DNA of 64,000 nt from an uncultured Actinomycetota bacterium. Its GTDB lineage: Bacteria > Actinomycetota > Actinomycetes > Actinomycetales > Dermatophilaceae. Every line of letters begins with the position of its first letter. The first letter of the stretch is position 1. A model generated the notes under the pieces. That model saw only the letters and a list, made by a program, of their open reading frames with translations, was not told the DNA's origin and ran no database searches. The translations under genes and the position numbers were made by a program. The DNA lies in the NCBI GenBank assembly GCA_963772645.1, contig CAVYYD010000012.1, forward strand, positions 30,024-94,023. Direction: 5' to 3'. This document shows, one piece after another, positions 44,060 through 53,228 of this stretch.

Positions 44060-45526
44060 GTGGCGCACGGCGAGCGGGGCGTCGTCTTCCCCGAGGTCGA
44101 CGGTCGTCGGTCGACCTCCGCCACCGGGCGGGCGGTGGTGGCGGACGCCCTCGCGCCGGTGGACCCGGTGGGCTCGGCCGCGGCGCGGCGGGAGACGAAC
44201 TGGCGCACCGGCTACGTCGAGCACTTCCGGCGGCTCGTCGAGGCCGGGCTGCCGAGCTACTCCGACGCCCGGACGATCGCCGAGGAGGGACTGGCGTCCG
44301 TGCACCGGCGGATGCGCTGGGTCACCGCCTCGGGTGAGGAGGCGCCGCTCACGGCTGCCGTCGGCGGGGCCGCCGGGGGGCCCCACGACCTCCTCGACAC
44401 CGAGGTCGTCGACGGTCGCGGCGAACCCGACACGGCGCTCACCCTGCCCTACCACGGCCAGCGGCTCGCCGGCGACGACCTGCGCCGCCGGCTCGACGCG
44501 TGGGTCGAGGCCGGCGTCGTCGAGCCCAGCCTGCGCGAGGCCGTCACCGCCGTCCTGGAGAACCCGCAGTGGCTGCGCCTGGAGGGCCGCACGGTGGTCG
44601 TCCTGGGAGCGGCGGCCGAGATGGGCCCGCTTCGCGCGCTCCTGCGGTGGGGCGCCACGGTGGCCGCCGTCGACCTGCCCCGCCCCGACCTCTGGTCGCG
44701 GTTGCTCGACGAGAGCGCCGGGCTCGCCGGGCGGCTCGTGGTCCCGGTCCGGGCCGGTTCGGGCCCCGTCGCCGACCGGGCCGGCGTCGACCTCCTCCAC
44801 GACCTGCCCGGCGCCACCGCGTGGGTCGGCGCCGTGCCGGGGTCGCTCGTCCTCGGCAACTACGTCTACGCCGACGGGGCGACCAACGTGCGGGTGTCGA
44901 CCGCGGTCGACGCCCTCTCCGAGGCGGTGCGCGGCCTGCGCCCCGACACCGCGCTGTCCTTCCTCGCCACCCCCACCGACGTCTTCGCCGTGCCGCGCGA
45001 GGCGGTCGACGCGGCCACCGACTCCTACGCCCACCGGCGCACCTCGCGGTTGCTGCGGGTGCCGTTGCGCACGCTCTCCGGCGGACGCCTCCTGCGGCGC
45101 AACTACGTCCCGGGCGAGGACCCCGGCATCAACGACTCCGTGGTCACCCAGCAGGGGCCCAACTACCTGCTCGCCAAGCGGATCCAGCGGTGGCGAGCCA
45201 CGGCGGCGCGGGCCTCCGGCGCGACCGTCTCGTTCACCGTGGCGCCTCCCACCCGCACCCGCTCGGTGCTGAGGAACCGCGCGCTCGCCGCCGCCTACGC
45301 GGGGGCGCACCGGTTCGGGGTCGAGGTCTTCGAGCCGGGGACGGCGAACACGCTGATGGCGGCCCTGCTCGTCCACGACCTCGTCGCCGGGCCGCCGCGC
45401 CATGACCACCCGTGGCAGGACGAGGCATGGGCCGCCGCCCACGGGGGGCTGTGGCGCACCGCCTACGACCCGCGCAGCGCGCTCGGGCTCGCCGCGCTCC
45501 TCGGCGCGGCCTCCGCCCGCACCTGA
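44060..45526 (+). CDS. Hypothetical 488-aa protein with a Rossmann-like beta-alpha-beta motif; family not recognised
   Basis: It starts 4 nt after the E2 stop. It contains RTVVVLGAAAEMGPLRALLRWGATVAAVDLPRP and has no long low-complexity junk. Confidence 0.6.
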   Translation: MAHGERGVVFPEVDGRRSTSATGRAVVADALAPVDPVGSAAARRETNWRTGYVEHFRRLVEAGLPSYSDARTIAEEGLASVHRRMRWVTASGEEAPLTAAVGGAAGGPHDLLDTEVVDGRGEPDTALTLPYHGQRLAGDDLRRRLDAWVEAGVVEPSLREAVTAVLENPQWLRLEGRTVVVLGAAAEMGPLRALLRWGATVAAVDLPRPDLWSRLLDESAGLAGRLVVPVRAGSGPVADRAGVDLLHDLPGATAWVGAVPGSLVLGNYVYADGATNVRVSTAVDALSEAVRGLRPDTALSFLATPTDVFAVPREAVDAATDSYAHRRTSRLLRVPLRTLSGGRLLRRNYVPGEDPGINDSVVTQQGPNYLLAKRIQRWRATAARASGATVSFTVAPPTRTRSVLRNRALAAAYAGAHRFGVEVFEPGTANTLMAALLVHDLVAGPPRHDHPWQDEAWAAAHGGLWRTAYDPRSALGLAALLGAASART

Positions 45527-45544
45527 CCCGGGTCGTGGCGGGGG

Positions 45545-47356
45545 TCAGCCGTTGGTCGAGGCAGGCACCTCGGCGGCGGCCGGGCCGTTCCCGGACCCCG
45601 CCGTCGCCGCCGTCGCCGCCGGCTGCGACCCGGCGCCGGGCCCGCCGGGCCCCGCGGGTGCGCCACCGGCTGCAGCGTTGCGCTCGCTGTAGGCCGAGCC
45701 GGAGCGCAGCTCCACCTGAGGCAGCATCAGCATGATGAGGAAGCCGATGACCATGACGGCCGACCCGACGAGGAACACGAGGTCCATCGAGTCCGAGAAG
45801 CCGATGAGGAACGGCTTGGCCAGGCGGGGGTCCAGGGTGTTGAGGAACGAGGAGTCCGAGAGGACCCCGCTGGAGCCGGCAGCGGTGACCCCGCCACTCG
45901 AGGCCGCCTGCTGGATCGCGGTGGCCACCGTGTGGTCGGTCGTCCCCGCGGGGGCCTGAAGCCCGGCGGCGACCCCGGCCCGGAAGTCCGCGGTCGGCGC
46001 GACGGCCTGGAACGCCGAGGCGATCTTGCCGGGAACGGCCGAGAAGAGGATGGAGAGGAAGACCGCGGTCCCGATGGTGCCGCCCATCTGCCGGGTGAAG
46101 GTGGCCGTCGACGTGGCGACGCCGATCTGCTGCGGCGGGACGGCGTTCTGGACGGCCAGGGTGAGCGGCTGGAAGTTGAAGCCGAGGCCGAGGCCGAAGA
46201 CGACCATGACGAGCATCGTCTGCCACAGCGGGGTGTCGTAGCCGACGTAGTGGAAGATGAACAGCCCGGCGACGAGCAGCCCCGACCCCACGACCGGGAA
46301 GATCCGGTACCGGCCGGTGCGGGCGATGATCTGGCCCGAGCTGATCGACCCGGCCATGATGCCCGCGACCATCGGGATCAGCTGCAGGCCGGCCTGGGTC
46401 GGGGTCGAGCCCTTGACGATCTGCAGGTAGAGCGGCAGGGCGGCGAGGCCGCCGAACATGGCAACGCCGATGACGACCGAGGCCGCCGAGGACACCCCGA
46501 CCGTCTTGTTGCGGAACATCCGCAGCGGGAGGATCGCCTCGTCGCCGATCCGGCGCTCCTGGAGGAAGAACACCACCGCGGCGAGCGCCGAGACGACGTA
46601 CGCGACCCAGGCCCGGCCGGACGCCCAGCCCCAGTCGCGGCCCTGCTCGAGGACGATGAGGAGCGGGACCAGGGCGAGGGAGAGGAGGGAGGCGCCGAGC
46701 CAGTCGATCCGGTGCTCGAGGCGGCGGTGGTGCAGGTGCAGTGTCCGGGTGACGACGACGAGCGCGGCGATGCCGATCGGCACGTTGACGAGGAAGACCC
46801 AGCGCCACCCGGTGATCCCGACGATGGAGTCGGCACCGGCGAAGAAGCCACCGATGACCGGGCCGGCGACGCTGGAGGTCCCGAAGACGGCGAGGAAGTA
46901 GCCCTGGTACTTCGCGCGCTCCCGCGGCGGGACGATGTCGCCGATGATCGCGAGCGCGAGCGACATCAGGCCGCCGGCGCCCAGGCCCTGCACGGCACGG
47001 AAGCCGGCGAGCATGTACATCGACGTGGCCAGGCTGGACAGCGCGGAGCCGACGATGAAGATCGAGATCGCGAAGATGAAGAGCTTCTTGCGGCCGTAGA
47101 TGTCGCCGAGCTTGCCGTAGAGCGGGGTGACGATGGTGGCGGTGATCAGGTAGGCGGTGGTGGCCCAGGCCTGCTGGTCGAGGCCGTGCAGGTCGTCGGC
47201 GATCGTCCGGATCGAGGTCGCGACGATCGTCTGGTCGAGGGCGGCGAGGAACATGCCCATCATCAGCCCGACGAGGATGGTCACGATCTGTCGGTGGGTG
47301 AGCGGACCCTCGCCGGGGAGGTCCTTCGCCGTGCGTGGCGCGGTCTGGTCGGTCAT
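45545..47356 (-). CDS. DHA2-family (EmrB/QacA-type, 14-TM) MFS efflux transporter
   Basis: From ATG 47356: LMMGMFLAALDQTIVATSIRTIADDL, PLYGKLGDIYGRKKLF and FRAVQGLGAGGLM. Confidence 0.88.
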   Translation of the reverse strand: MTDQTAPRTAKDLPGEGPLTHRQIVTILVGLMMGMFLAALDQTIVATSIRTIADDLHGLDQQAWATTAYLITATIVTPLYGKLGDIYGRKKLFIFAISIFIVGSALSSLATSMYMLAGFRAVQGLGAGGLMSLALAIIGDIVPPRERAKYQGYFLAVFGTSSVAGPVIGGFFAGADSIVGITGWRWVFLVNVPIGIAALVVVTRTLHLHHRRLEHRIDWLGASLLSLALVPLLIVLEQGRDWGWASGRAWVAYVVSALAAVVFFLQERRIGDEAILPLRMFRNKTVGVSSAASVVIGVAMFGGLAALPLYLQIVKGSTPTQAGLQLIPMVAGIMAGSISSGQIIARTGRYRIFPVVGSGLLVAGLFIFHYVGYDTPLWQTMLVMVVFGLGLGFNFQPLTLAVQNAVPPQQIGVATSTATFTRQMGGTIGTAVFLSILFSAVPGKIASAFQAVAPTADFRAGVAAGLQAPAGTTDHTVATAIQQAASSGGVTAAGSSGVLSDSSFLNTLDPRLAKPFLIGFSDSMDLVFLVGSAVMVIGFLIMLMLPQVELRSGSAYSERNAAAGGAPAGPGGPGAGSQPAATAATAGSGNGPAAAEVPASTNG

Positions 47357-47829
47357 CGTTCGGTCCTGGGGGGCTGGGGGTGGAGCGCGGTCTCGAGGTC
47401 GGAGGAGAACCGCGAGAGGAAGGAGGCGAAGGCCTGGACGTCGTCGTCCGGCCAGTCGGCGAGGAGCCCGCGGAGCCACTGCTCGCGTCCCTCGCGGATG
47501 GCGAGGAGCAGCGCCTCGCCGTCGGGGGTCACCGAGAGCGCCTGGGCCCGGCCGTCGTCGGGGTCGGGGCCCCGCTCGACGAGGCCGAGGTCGACGAGGG
47601 TGCTGACCTGGCGGCTCACCGTCGAGACGTCGACGTGCACGGCGTCGGCGAGGGCCGAGACGCGCAGCGGGCGACGCTTGAGGTTGTAGAGCAGCGGGTA
47701 CGCCATGGGGTCGACGTGTTCGTGCTGCCGTGGCGCCTGCGCCTTGGCGACGTGGAGCAGCTTCGTCATCCGAACGAGCTCGTCGCCGAGCATGGCCGTC
47801 GCGGTCGACGGCACGGAGCTGAACGGCAC
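47353..47829 (-). CDS. MarR-family transcriptional regulator, overlapping the MFS start
   Basis: AAAGGAG lies 6 nt before GTG 47829. It contains LRVSALADAVHVDVSTVSRQVSTLVDLGLVERGPDPDDGRAQALSVTPDG (wHTH). Confidence 0.85.
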   Translation of the reverse strand: MPFSSVPSTATAMLGDELVRMTKLLHVAKAQAPRQHEHVDPMAYPLLYNLKRRPLRVSALADAVHVDVSTVSRQVSTLVDLGLVERGPDPDDGRAQALSVTPDGEALLLAIREGREQWLRGLLADWPDDDVQAFASFLSRFSSDLETALHPQPPRTER

Positions 47830-47952
47830 GGTGCGCTCCTTTCGATCTTGGTTGGTTGCAGCATACAAACAACTCGGGCCGGGAGAAATTCCCGCTGTCG
47901 AGGGTTCGACAACCCGGGGCGACCGGGGGTTCGCCGATCCCGGGCGCGCGCC

Positions 47953-48429
47953 TCAGGCCGAGCGGGCGTGGAGGTGCTCGAGGAGGTTGTGCGAGAACCG
48001 CTGGCCCATCAGGGCCACCACGCCCTTCATCGCCGTCGTCACGCCGGGGCGGGTGACGCCGGGGAACGGCAGGTCGACCGTGATCGCCATCGAGGTCTCG
48101 AGGTGGGTGTGCTCCCCGCGCGGGCTCAGGGCGTACCAGCCCTCGACCCCGGCCACCTCGCCGCCGTCCCCGGCCGCGGGGTCGTGGGTGAACTCGATGC
48201 GGTGCGGCTCGTCGAACGTCATCCGCTCGGTGAAGGTGAAGGAGAAGGAGCGCCCGAGCACCGGCACCCGGGTCATCTCCCAGACCCAGTGCTCGCCCCG
48301 CTGACGGACCGACCGGAGGAACGGGGTGAGCCGGGCGACGGTCCCGGGGTCGGTCAGCGCGGCCCACACCTCCCCCGGTGCGGCCGTGACCGTGGCGGTG
48401 GAGCGGGTGGAGGTGCTGAAGGTGGCCAT
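47953..48429 (-). CDS. SRPBCC-family (polyketide cyclase/dehydrase-like) protein
   Basis: MATFSTSTRSTATVTAAPGEVWAALTDPGTVARLTPFL... 158 aa. Confidence 0.7.
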   Translation of the reverse strand: MATFSTSTRSTATVTAAPGEVWAALTDPGTVARLTPFLRSVRQRGEHWVWEMTRVPVLGRSFSFTFTERMTFDEPHRIEFTHDPAAGDGGEVAGVEGWYALSPRGEHTHLETSMAITVDLPFPGVTRPGVTTAMKGVVALMGQRFSHNLLEHLHARSA

Positions 48430-48434
48430 GGTCC

Positions 48435-49283
48435 TCAGGGGGTCAGCGTGAGCGCGGCGAGCACACGGCGGGCGACGTCCTCGTCGCCGGTGACGGTCAC
48501 CGGGAGGTCGGCCGGGTCGCGGCGTCCGCCGACGAGGCGCATCGCGACCGCGGTGGAGCAGGTCAGGGTGGTGGTGACGACGTCGGGGTGCTCCTCGGAC
48601 CCGCCGGCGAACAGGGGGATGCCGACGGCCCGGCCGTCCTGCTCCTCGACCCGGGCCCCGGCCCGCCCGACGACCGGGCCGGTGAGCTCGAGCACCACCG
48701 CGTTGCCGGGGTCGATGCCCGCGCGCCGGGCGATGACGACGGGCAGCGCGTCGAAGGTCCGGGACACGCTGAGCGACGCGGCGGGGGTGTCCAGGCCCCC
48801 CGGTCGGCCCAGCGCCTCGCGGATGTCCTGCTCGTGCATCCAGACGTCGAAGGTCCGCACGGCGAGCATCTCGGCCAGCGTCGAGCGCCCACGCAGCCCG
48901 TCCACCTCGGCCGTGGGGTCGACTCCCTCGGCGCGGTAGGCGGCGAGGCGCTCCTCGAGCCGCCACTCGAGCTCGTCGAGGAGGTCCTCGAGGGCCCGGC
49001 CGCGGCGCGACTCGACGAGCCGTTCCATCATGGCGCCGAAGTCGTTGCGCACGTGCTCGTAGCCGCTGACGTCGAGGTCGGGCACGGTGTCGCCGGCGAC
49101 GGCGGCCTCGGTGGCGGCGACGTGGGCGACCTGGTCGAAGACGGTCCAGCCGGGGCAGTCGGTCGGGCGCTGCGCGTCCTCCGCCCGCATCGTGCGGCCG
49201 AGGTCGATGACGGACTGGACGGTCTGCGCCCAGGCGTCGACGACCTCCGGGTACTCGGCCGGGGCCGGGGGGTGCAGCGGCAT
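48435..49283 (-). CDS. Maleylpyruvate-isomerase-family mycothiol-dependent enzyme (MDMPI_N/DinB-like)
   Basis: From ATG 49283: TDCPGWTVFDQVAHVAATE...TFDVWMHEQDIREALGRPG. Confidence 0.75.
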   Translation of the reverse strand: MPLHPPAPAEYPEVVDAWAQTVQSVIDLGRTMRAEDAQRPTDCPGWTVFDQVAHVAATEAAVAGDTVPDLDVSGYEHVRNDFGAMMERLVESRRGRALEDLLDELEWRLEERLAAYRAEGVDPTAEVDGLRGRSTLAEMLAVRTFDVWMHEQDIREALGRPGGLDTPAASLSVSRTFDALPVVIARRAGIDPGNAVVLELTGPVVGRAGARVEEQDGRAVGIPLFAGGSEEHPDVVTTTLTCSTAVAMRLVGGRRDPADLPVTVTGDEDVARRVLAALTLTP

Positions 49284-49310
49284 GCGGACACAGTACCTAC
49301 GCTGGGGGGC

Positions 49311-51353
49311 ATGGCCCTGCGGACGCGTCCAGCGAACGGGGACGCCGTGCAGGCGTCCTCCACCGGCCCGCGCGCCACCGGCCGGGAGCGCTCCGGCCCG
49401 GTCGGGCCGCTCGCGGTCGCGGTCGGGGCGGCCCTGCTCGCCCTGCTGCCGGCCGCGCTGCTCACCGGGGCCACCGCCCCGTTGCTCCTCGCCGACCCGG
49501 GGCCGTTCGTCCGCTGGGGCGTCCCGGTCGCCGACCTCCTCGCCAACCTGGCGGGCCCGGCCACCTTCGGCCTGCTCGCGCTCGCGGCCTTCCTCGTCCC
49601 CGAGCGCACGCGCACCGACCGCCGGGCCACGGCGGTGCGGTGGGCCGGCGGCACCGCGCTCGCCTGGCTCGTCGCCAGCCTGCTCGAGGTGATCCTCACC
49701 TTCGCCGACGTCGCCGGCACGCCGCTGACCGCGCTGGACCTGCCGCAGCAGTTCCTCCGCTTCGCGTGGGACCTCGAGACCACCCGGGTCATCCTGGTGA
49801 CGGCCGCGGCGGCACTCGTCGTCGCCGTCACGGCCCTGGCCACCCAGCGGCGAGCCGTCGCGGCGTGGCTCGCGGCGCTCACGCTCTTCGGGGTGGTGGT
49901 CCAGTCGCTGACCGGGCACGCGGCCGGGTCGGCGAGCCACGAGGACGCCGTCAACGGGCTCGCCATCCACCTGCTCGGGGTCACCGTGTGGGTCGGCGGG
50001 CTCATCGCGCTCCTCGCGATGCGGCGCCGGCTCGGCCGTGACCTCGGGGTCACCGTCTCGCGGTACTCGGTGCTCGCGACCTGGTCCTTCGTCGCCGTCG
50101 CCCTCTCCGGGGTGCTCCAGGCCGCGATCCGGCTCGGGTCGCCGGCCGGGCTCCTCACCGCGTACGGCGTCGTCGTGTCGCTCAAGACCCTCGCCCTGCT
50201 CGTGCTCGGCGGTATCGGCTGGCTGCACCGGCGCACGATCGCCTCCCGGCTCACCGTCGACCCCGGCGACGGCCGGACCTTCGCCCGCCTCGCCATCGTC
50301 GAGGTGGGCGTCATGGGGGTCGCCGCTGGCCTTGCCGCCGTCCTGGCCCGCAGCATCCCCCCGGTGCCCGACGCGCTGCCGGACCCTAGCATCGTCCTCG
50401 AGCTCACCGGCTTCCCCGACCCGGGGCCGGTGACCAGCGCCGACTGGCTCACGGCGTGGCGTCCCGACTGGCTGTTCATCACCGTCGTCGTCGTGGCCGT
50501 CGGCGTCTACCTGGCCGGGGCGCTGCGGCTGCACCGACGGGGCGACGCGTGGCCGTGGTGGCGCAGCGTGCTCTGGGTGTCCGGCTGGCTGGTCTTCCTC
50601 TGGGCGACGAACGGGGCCCCCGGCATCTGGGGACGGGTGCTCTTCAGCGCCCACATGGTCATGCACATGGCCGTGGCGATGATCGTGCCGATCGCCCTCG
50701 TTCCGGCCGCGCCGCTGACCCTCGCGCTGCGCGCGCTCCCGGCCCGCCGCGACCGCACCTGGGGCCCGCGCGAGCTCATCCTCCAGGTGGTCCACTCGCG
50801 AACCCTGCGGTGGCTGGCCAACCCGGTCGTCGCGGCCGCGCTGTTCTTCTTCAGCCTCGCCGCGTTCTACTGGACCGGGCTGTTCGACCTCGCCCTGACC
50901 ACCCACACCGGGCACCTGCTGATGATGGGGCACTTCCTCCTCACCGGGTACCTCTTCGTCTGGGTGCTCATCGGAGTCGACCCGGGGCCGCCGCGGTGGT
51001 CCCCGCTCATGCTCCTCGTCATCCTCTTCGCGACGATCTCGTTCCACGCCTTCTTCGGGGTGGCCCTGACCAGCAGCGAGAGCCTCCTCGCCTCGGACTT
51101 CTTCACCCAGCTCAACCTGCCGTGGGGCCCGGGCCCGCTCGCCGACCAGCACGTCGCGGGCGAGATCGCGTGGGGCATCGGGGAGGCCCCCACCCTCATC
51201 CTCGCCGTCGTCGTCGGGTTCCAGTGGTTCCGCTCCGAGCAGCGCGAGACCGACCGCCAGGACCGCCAGGCCGACCGCGACGGGGACGCCGAGCTGCGGG
51301 CCTACAACGCGCGCCTCCAGGCGCTGCGGCAGGAGGCCGAGCGCCTCCGCTGA
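49311..51353 (+). CDS. Fused CopD-like copper-resistance membrane domain and caa3-type CtaG cytochrome oxidase assembly domain
   Basis: 680 aa from ATG 49311, polytopic throughout. It contains SLTGHAAGS...AIHLLGVTVWVGGL (CopD-like), then WPWWRSVLWVSGWLVF...FSAHMVMHMAVAMIVP...THTGHLLMMGHFLLTGYLF (CtaG-like). Confidence 0.75.
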   Translation: MALRTRPANGDAVQASSTGPRATGRERSGPVGPLAVAVGAALLALLPAALLTGATAPLLLADPGPFVRWGVPVADLLANLAGPATFGLLALAAFLVPERTRTDRRATAVRWAGGTALAWLVASLLEVILTFADVAGTPLTALDLPQQFLRFAWDLETTRVILVTAAAALVVAVTALATQRRAVAAWLAALTLFGVVVQSLTGHAAGSASHEDAVNGLAIHLLGVTVWVGGLIALLAMRRRLGRDLGVTVSRYSVLATWSFVAVALSGVLQAAIRLGSPAGLLTAYGVVVSLKTLALLVLGGIGWLHRRTIASRLTVDPGDGRTFARLAIVEVGVMGVAAGLAAVLARSIPPVPDALPDPSIVLELTGFPDPGPVTSADWLTAWRPDWLFITVVVVAVGVYLAGALRLHRRGDAWPWWRSVLWVSGWLVFLWATNGAPGIWGRVLFSAHMVMHMAVAMIVPIALVPAAPLTLALRALPARRDRTWGPRELILQVVHSRTLRWLANPVVAAALFFFSLAAFYWTGLFDLALTTHTGHLLMMGHFLLTGYLFVWVLIGVDPGPPRWSPLMLLVILFATISFHAFFGVALTSSESLLASDFFTQLNLPWGPGPLADQHVAGEIAWGIGEAPTLILAVVVGFQWFRSEQRETDRQDRQADRDGDAELRAYNARLQALRQEAERLR

Positions 51354-51360
51354 CCCCCCG

Positions 51361-51414
51361 CATCGGGTGCTCAGGTGGTCGCCGGGGCGGCCGTCTCGGC
51401 ACCCGACCCCGATG
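51361..51414. repeat. Palindromic intergenic repeat, copy B (imperfect hairpin)
   Basis: It shares the identical 26-mer tcgggtgctcaggtggtcgccggggc (51363..51388) with copy C (53167..53192), plus gcacccgac on the right side. Confidence 0.65.
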
Positions 51415-51432
51415 ATGCGCGAGGATGGGGTC

Positions 51433-52239
51433 ATGCGCGTCGCGGTCGTCCAGCTCTCCTACGGGGACGAGGAGTCGTTCGACGCGCGGGTCGACCGGGT
51501 GGCCGGGCTGGTCGGCGGCCTGTCGGGCCACGACCTCGTCGTGCTCCCCGAGCTGTGGGGCGCCACCGGTTTCGGCTACGCCCGGTGGGACGCCGAGGCC
51601 CAGCCGCTCGACGGCCCCTGGTCCCGGTCGATGGCGGATGCCGCGCGCGCGGCCGGGGTGACGCTGCACGCCGGCTCGTTCGTCGAGCGGCTGGCCGAGA
51701 CCGGGCCGGACGGGAACGACCTCGCCAACACCTCCCTCGTGCTGTCGGCGGACGGGAGCACGCTCGGGGTGTATCGCAAGATCCACCGCTTCGGCTTCGG
51801 CGCGGGCGAGCCGCGGCTCATGGAGGCCGGCACCGAGATGGTTCTCCTCGAGGTCCCCGACGGCGCCGGCGGGGTGGTCCCGGCCGGTCTGTCGACGTGC
51901 TACGACCTCCGCTTCCCCGAGCTCTACCGTCGCCAGGTCGAGGCGGGGGCCGAGCTCTTCGTCGTCCCCGCCGCGTGGCCCGCCGCACGAGTGGCGCACT
52001 GGCGGCTCCTCGGCCGCGCCCGCGCCGTCGAGAACCAGTGCGTCGTCATCCAGGGCAACACCGCCGGCACCCACGCCGGCCACCGGATGGGGGGCTTCAG
52101 CCAGGTCGTCGCGGCGACCGGCGAGCTCCTCGCCGTGGGGTCGGCGGACGCCGAGGAGGTGCTCTCCGTCGACCTCGACCTCGCGGCGACGCACGAGTAC
52201 CGCCGGTCGTTCCCGGTCCTCGCCGACCGGCGCCTCTGA
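51433..52239 (+). CDS. Carbon-nitrogen hydrolase (nitrilase-superfamily) protein
   Basis: MRVAVVQLSY...VVLPELW (Glu), VYRKIHRF (Lys), GLSTCYDLRFPELY (Cys). Confidence 0.85.
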   Translation: MRVAVVQLSYGDEESFDARVDRVAGLVGGLSGHDLVVLPELWGATGFGYARWDAEAQPLDGPWSRSMADAARAAGVTLHAGSFVERLAETGPDGNDLANTSLVLSADGSTLGVYRKIHRFGFGAGEPRLMEAGTEMVLLEVPDGAGGVVPAGLSTCYDLRFPELYRRQVEAGAELFVVPAAWPAARVAHWRLLGRARAVENQCVVIQGNTAGTHAGHRMGGFSQVVAATGELLAVGSADAEEVLSVDLDLAATHEYRRSFPVLADRRL

Positions 52240-53110
52240 CCTCGCCGACCCCGGGTCGTGGCGCACCTCCTGCGCGGTGCACCGGACGACGATGCGCCGT
52301 TCGCTGGTGAGACCCCGGTGGCGTCGGACGTCCTCGGCGTAGTGCTCGACGTCGAGGTGGAACGCCCCGTCGACCTCGAGCACGAGGACCCTGCCGTCGG
52401 GCAGGTCCCACTCGCAGTCGGTGAACCTCAGCCGGCCCGAGCGGTCCCGCCGCCGCTGCTGGCGACGTGGTGGCACCAGCCGCCAGGAGCGCCACAGGCG
52501 CAGGACGTCGACCTCGGCCAGGGACTGGGAGCCGCCGGACACGTCCGCGAGGAGGGCCCGGATGTCGGCCGCACGCCGGAGCGGGCGCAGCTCCCGGGTC
52601 CAGCGCAGGAGCAGCTCCGGGGTGGCGAGCCGCTGCTGGACGGTGGCGGCGACCGCGCCCAACGCGGTACGCCTGGACCGCTCCCTGGCTGCGAAGAGCA
52701 GGACGGCCGGCTCGAGGCGGCAGGTCGGCGGCCGGTGCGTGGGGTGCCGCAGCGCCGCCAGGTCGCGGCGGGTGCGGACGAGAAGGACCCCCTCGGCGGG
52801 GTCGAAGGACAGGTCGTGCTCGACGAGGACGGTGACCTCGTCGCGCGCCCAGTTCCGCAGGCCCAGGGCCTCGGCCGCCGTCAGGCCCGCGAGCAGGGCA
52901 GGCGGCCCGGCGTGCTCGAGGGCCACCCACACCCGTTGTTCGCGCGAGAGGGGACCGGTCGTCGTCGTGTACACCGAGTGGGTGCGCTGGCGCCACCGTC
53001 CGGCCCGGAGCTGGTTCCGGACGAACGCGGGACACCCCGAGCTCGCGGAGGGTGCGCTGCGAGACCACCCCGGCGCGGCTCGCCGCATCCTCCTGCCACC
53101 CGCCGGCCAC
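52240..53110 (-). pseudogene. DUF559 / AbiEi_4-like N-terminal domain protein, degenerate: a frame change near 53026 and no stop codon before it runs antisense into the nitrilase gene
   Basis: The N-terminal AASRAGVVSQRTLRELGVSR is in the frame of ORF 52097..53206. The continuation FVRNQLRAGRWRQRTHSVYTTTTGPLSREQRVWVALEH...RFTDCEWDLPDGRVLVLEVDGAFHLD...RIVVRCTAQEV is in the frame of ORF 51196..53409. The lower boundary is approximate. Confidence 0.6.
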
Positions 53111-53160
53111 CTCGTGAGTCTGCCGCGACCGGCGAGAAGGGCCGGGGAGTTCTCCACACC

Positions 53161-53216
53161 CCAGGGTCGGGTGCTCAGGTGGTCGCCGGGGCAGCCACCT
53201 GAGCACCCGACTCTGG
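53161..53216. repeat. Palindromic intergenic repeat, copy C (22-bp arms with 1 mismatch, 12-nt loop)
   Basis: Read directly as ccagggtcgggtgctcaggtgg-tcgccggggcag-ccacctgagcacccgactctgg. Confidence 0.7.
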
Positions 53217-53228
53217 GAGACTGGGGGG

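Noticed and set aside
51361-53216. The hairpin-bounded 1.9-kb segment as a mobile cassette or MITE-flanked insertion.
   Set aside because: There is no transposase or integrase, and I could see no target-site duplication. The two copies are in the same orientation as palindromes rather than terminal inverted repeats. The enclosed nitrilase gene looks like ordinary metabolism. I kept it only as a repeat-family observation.
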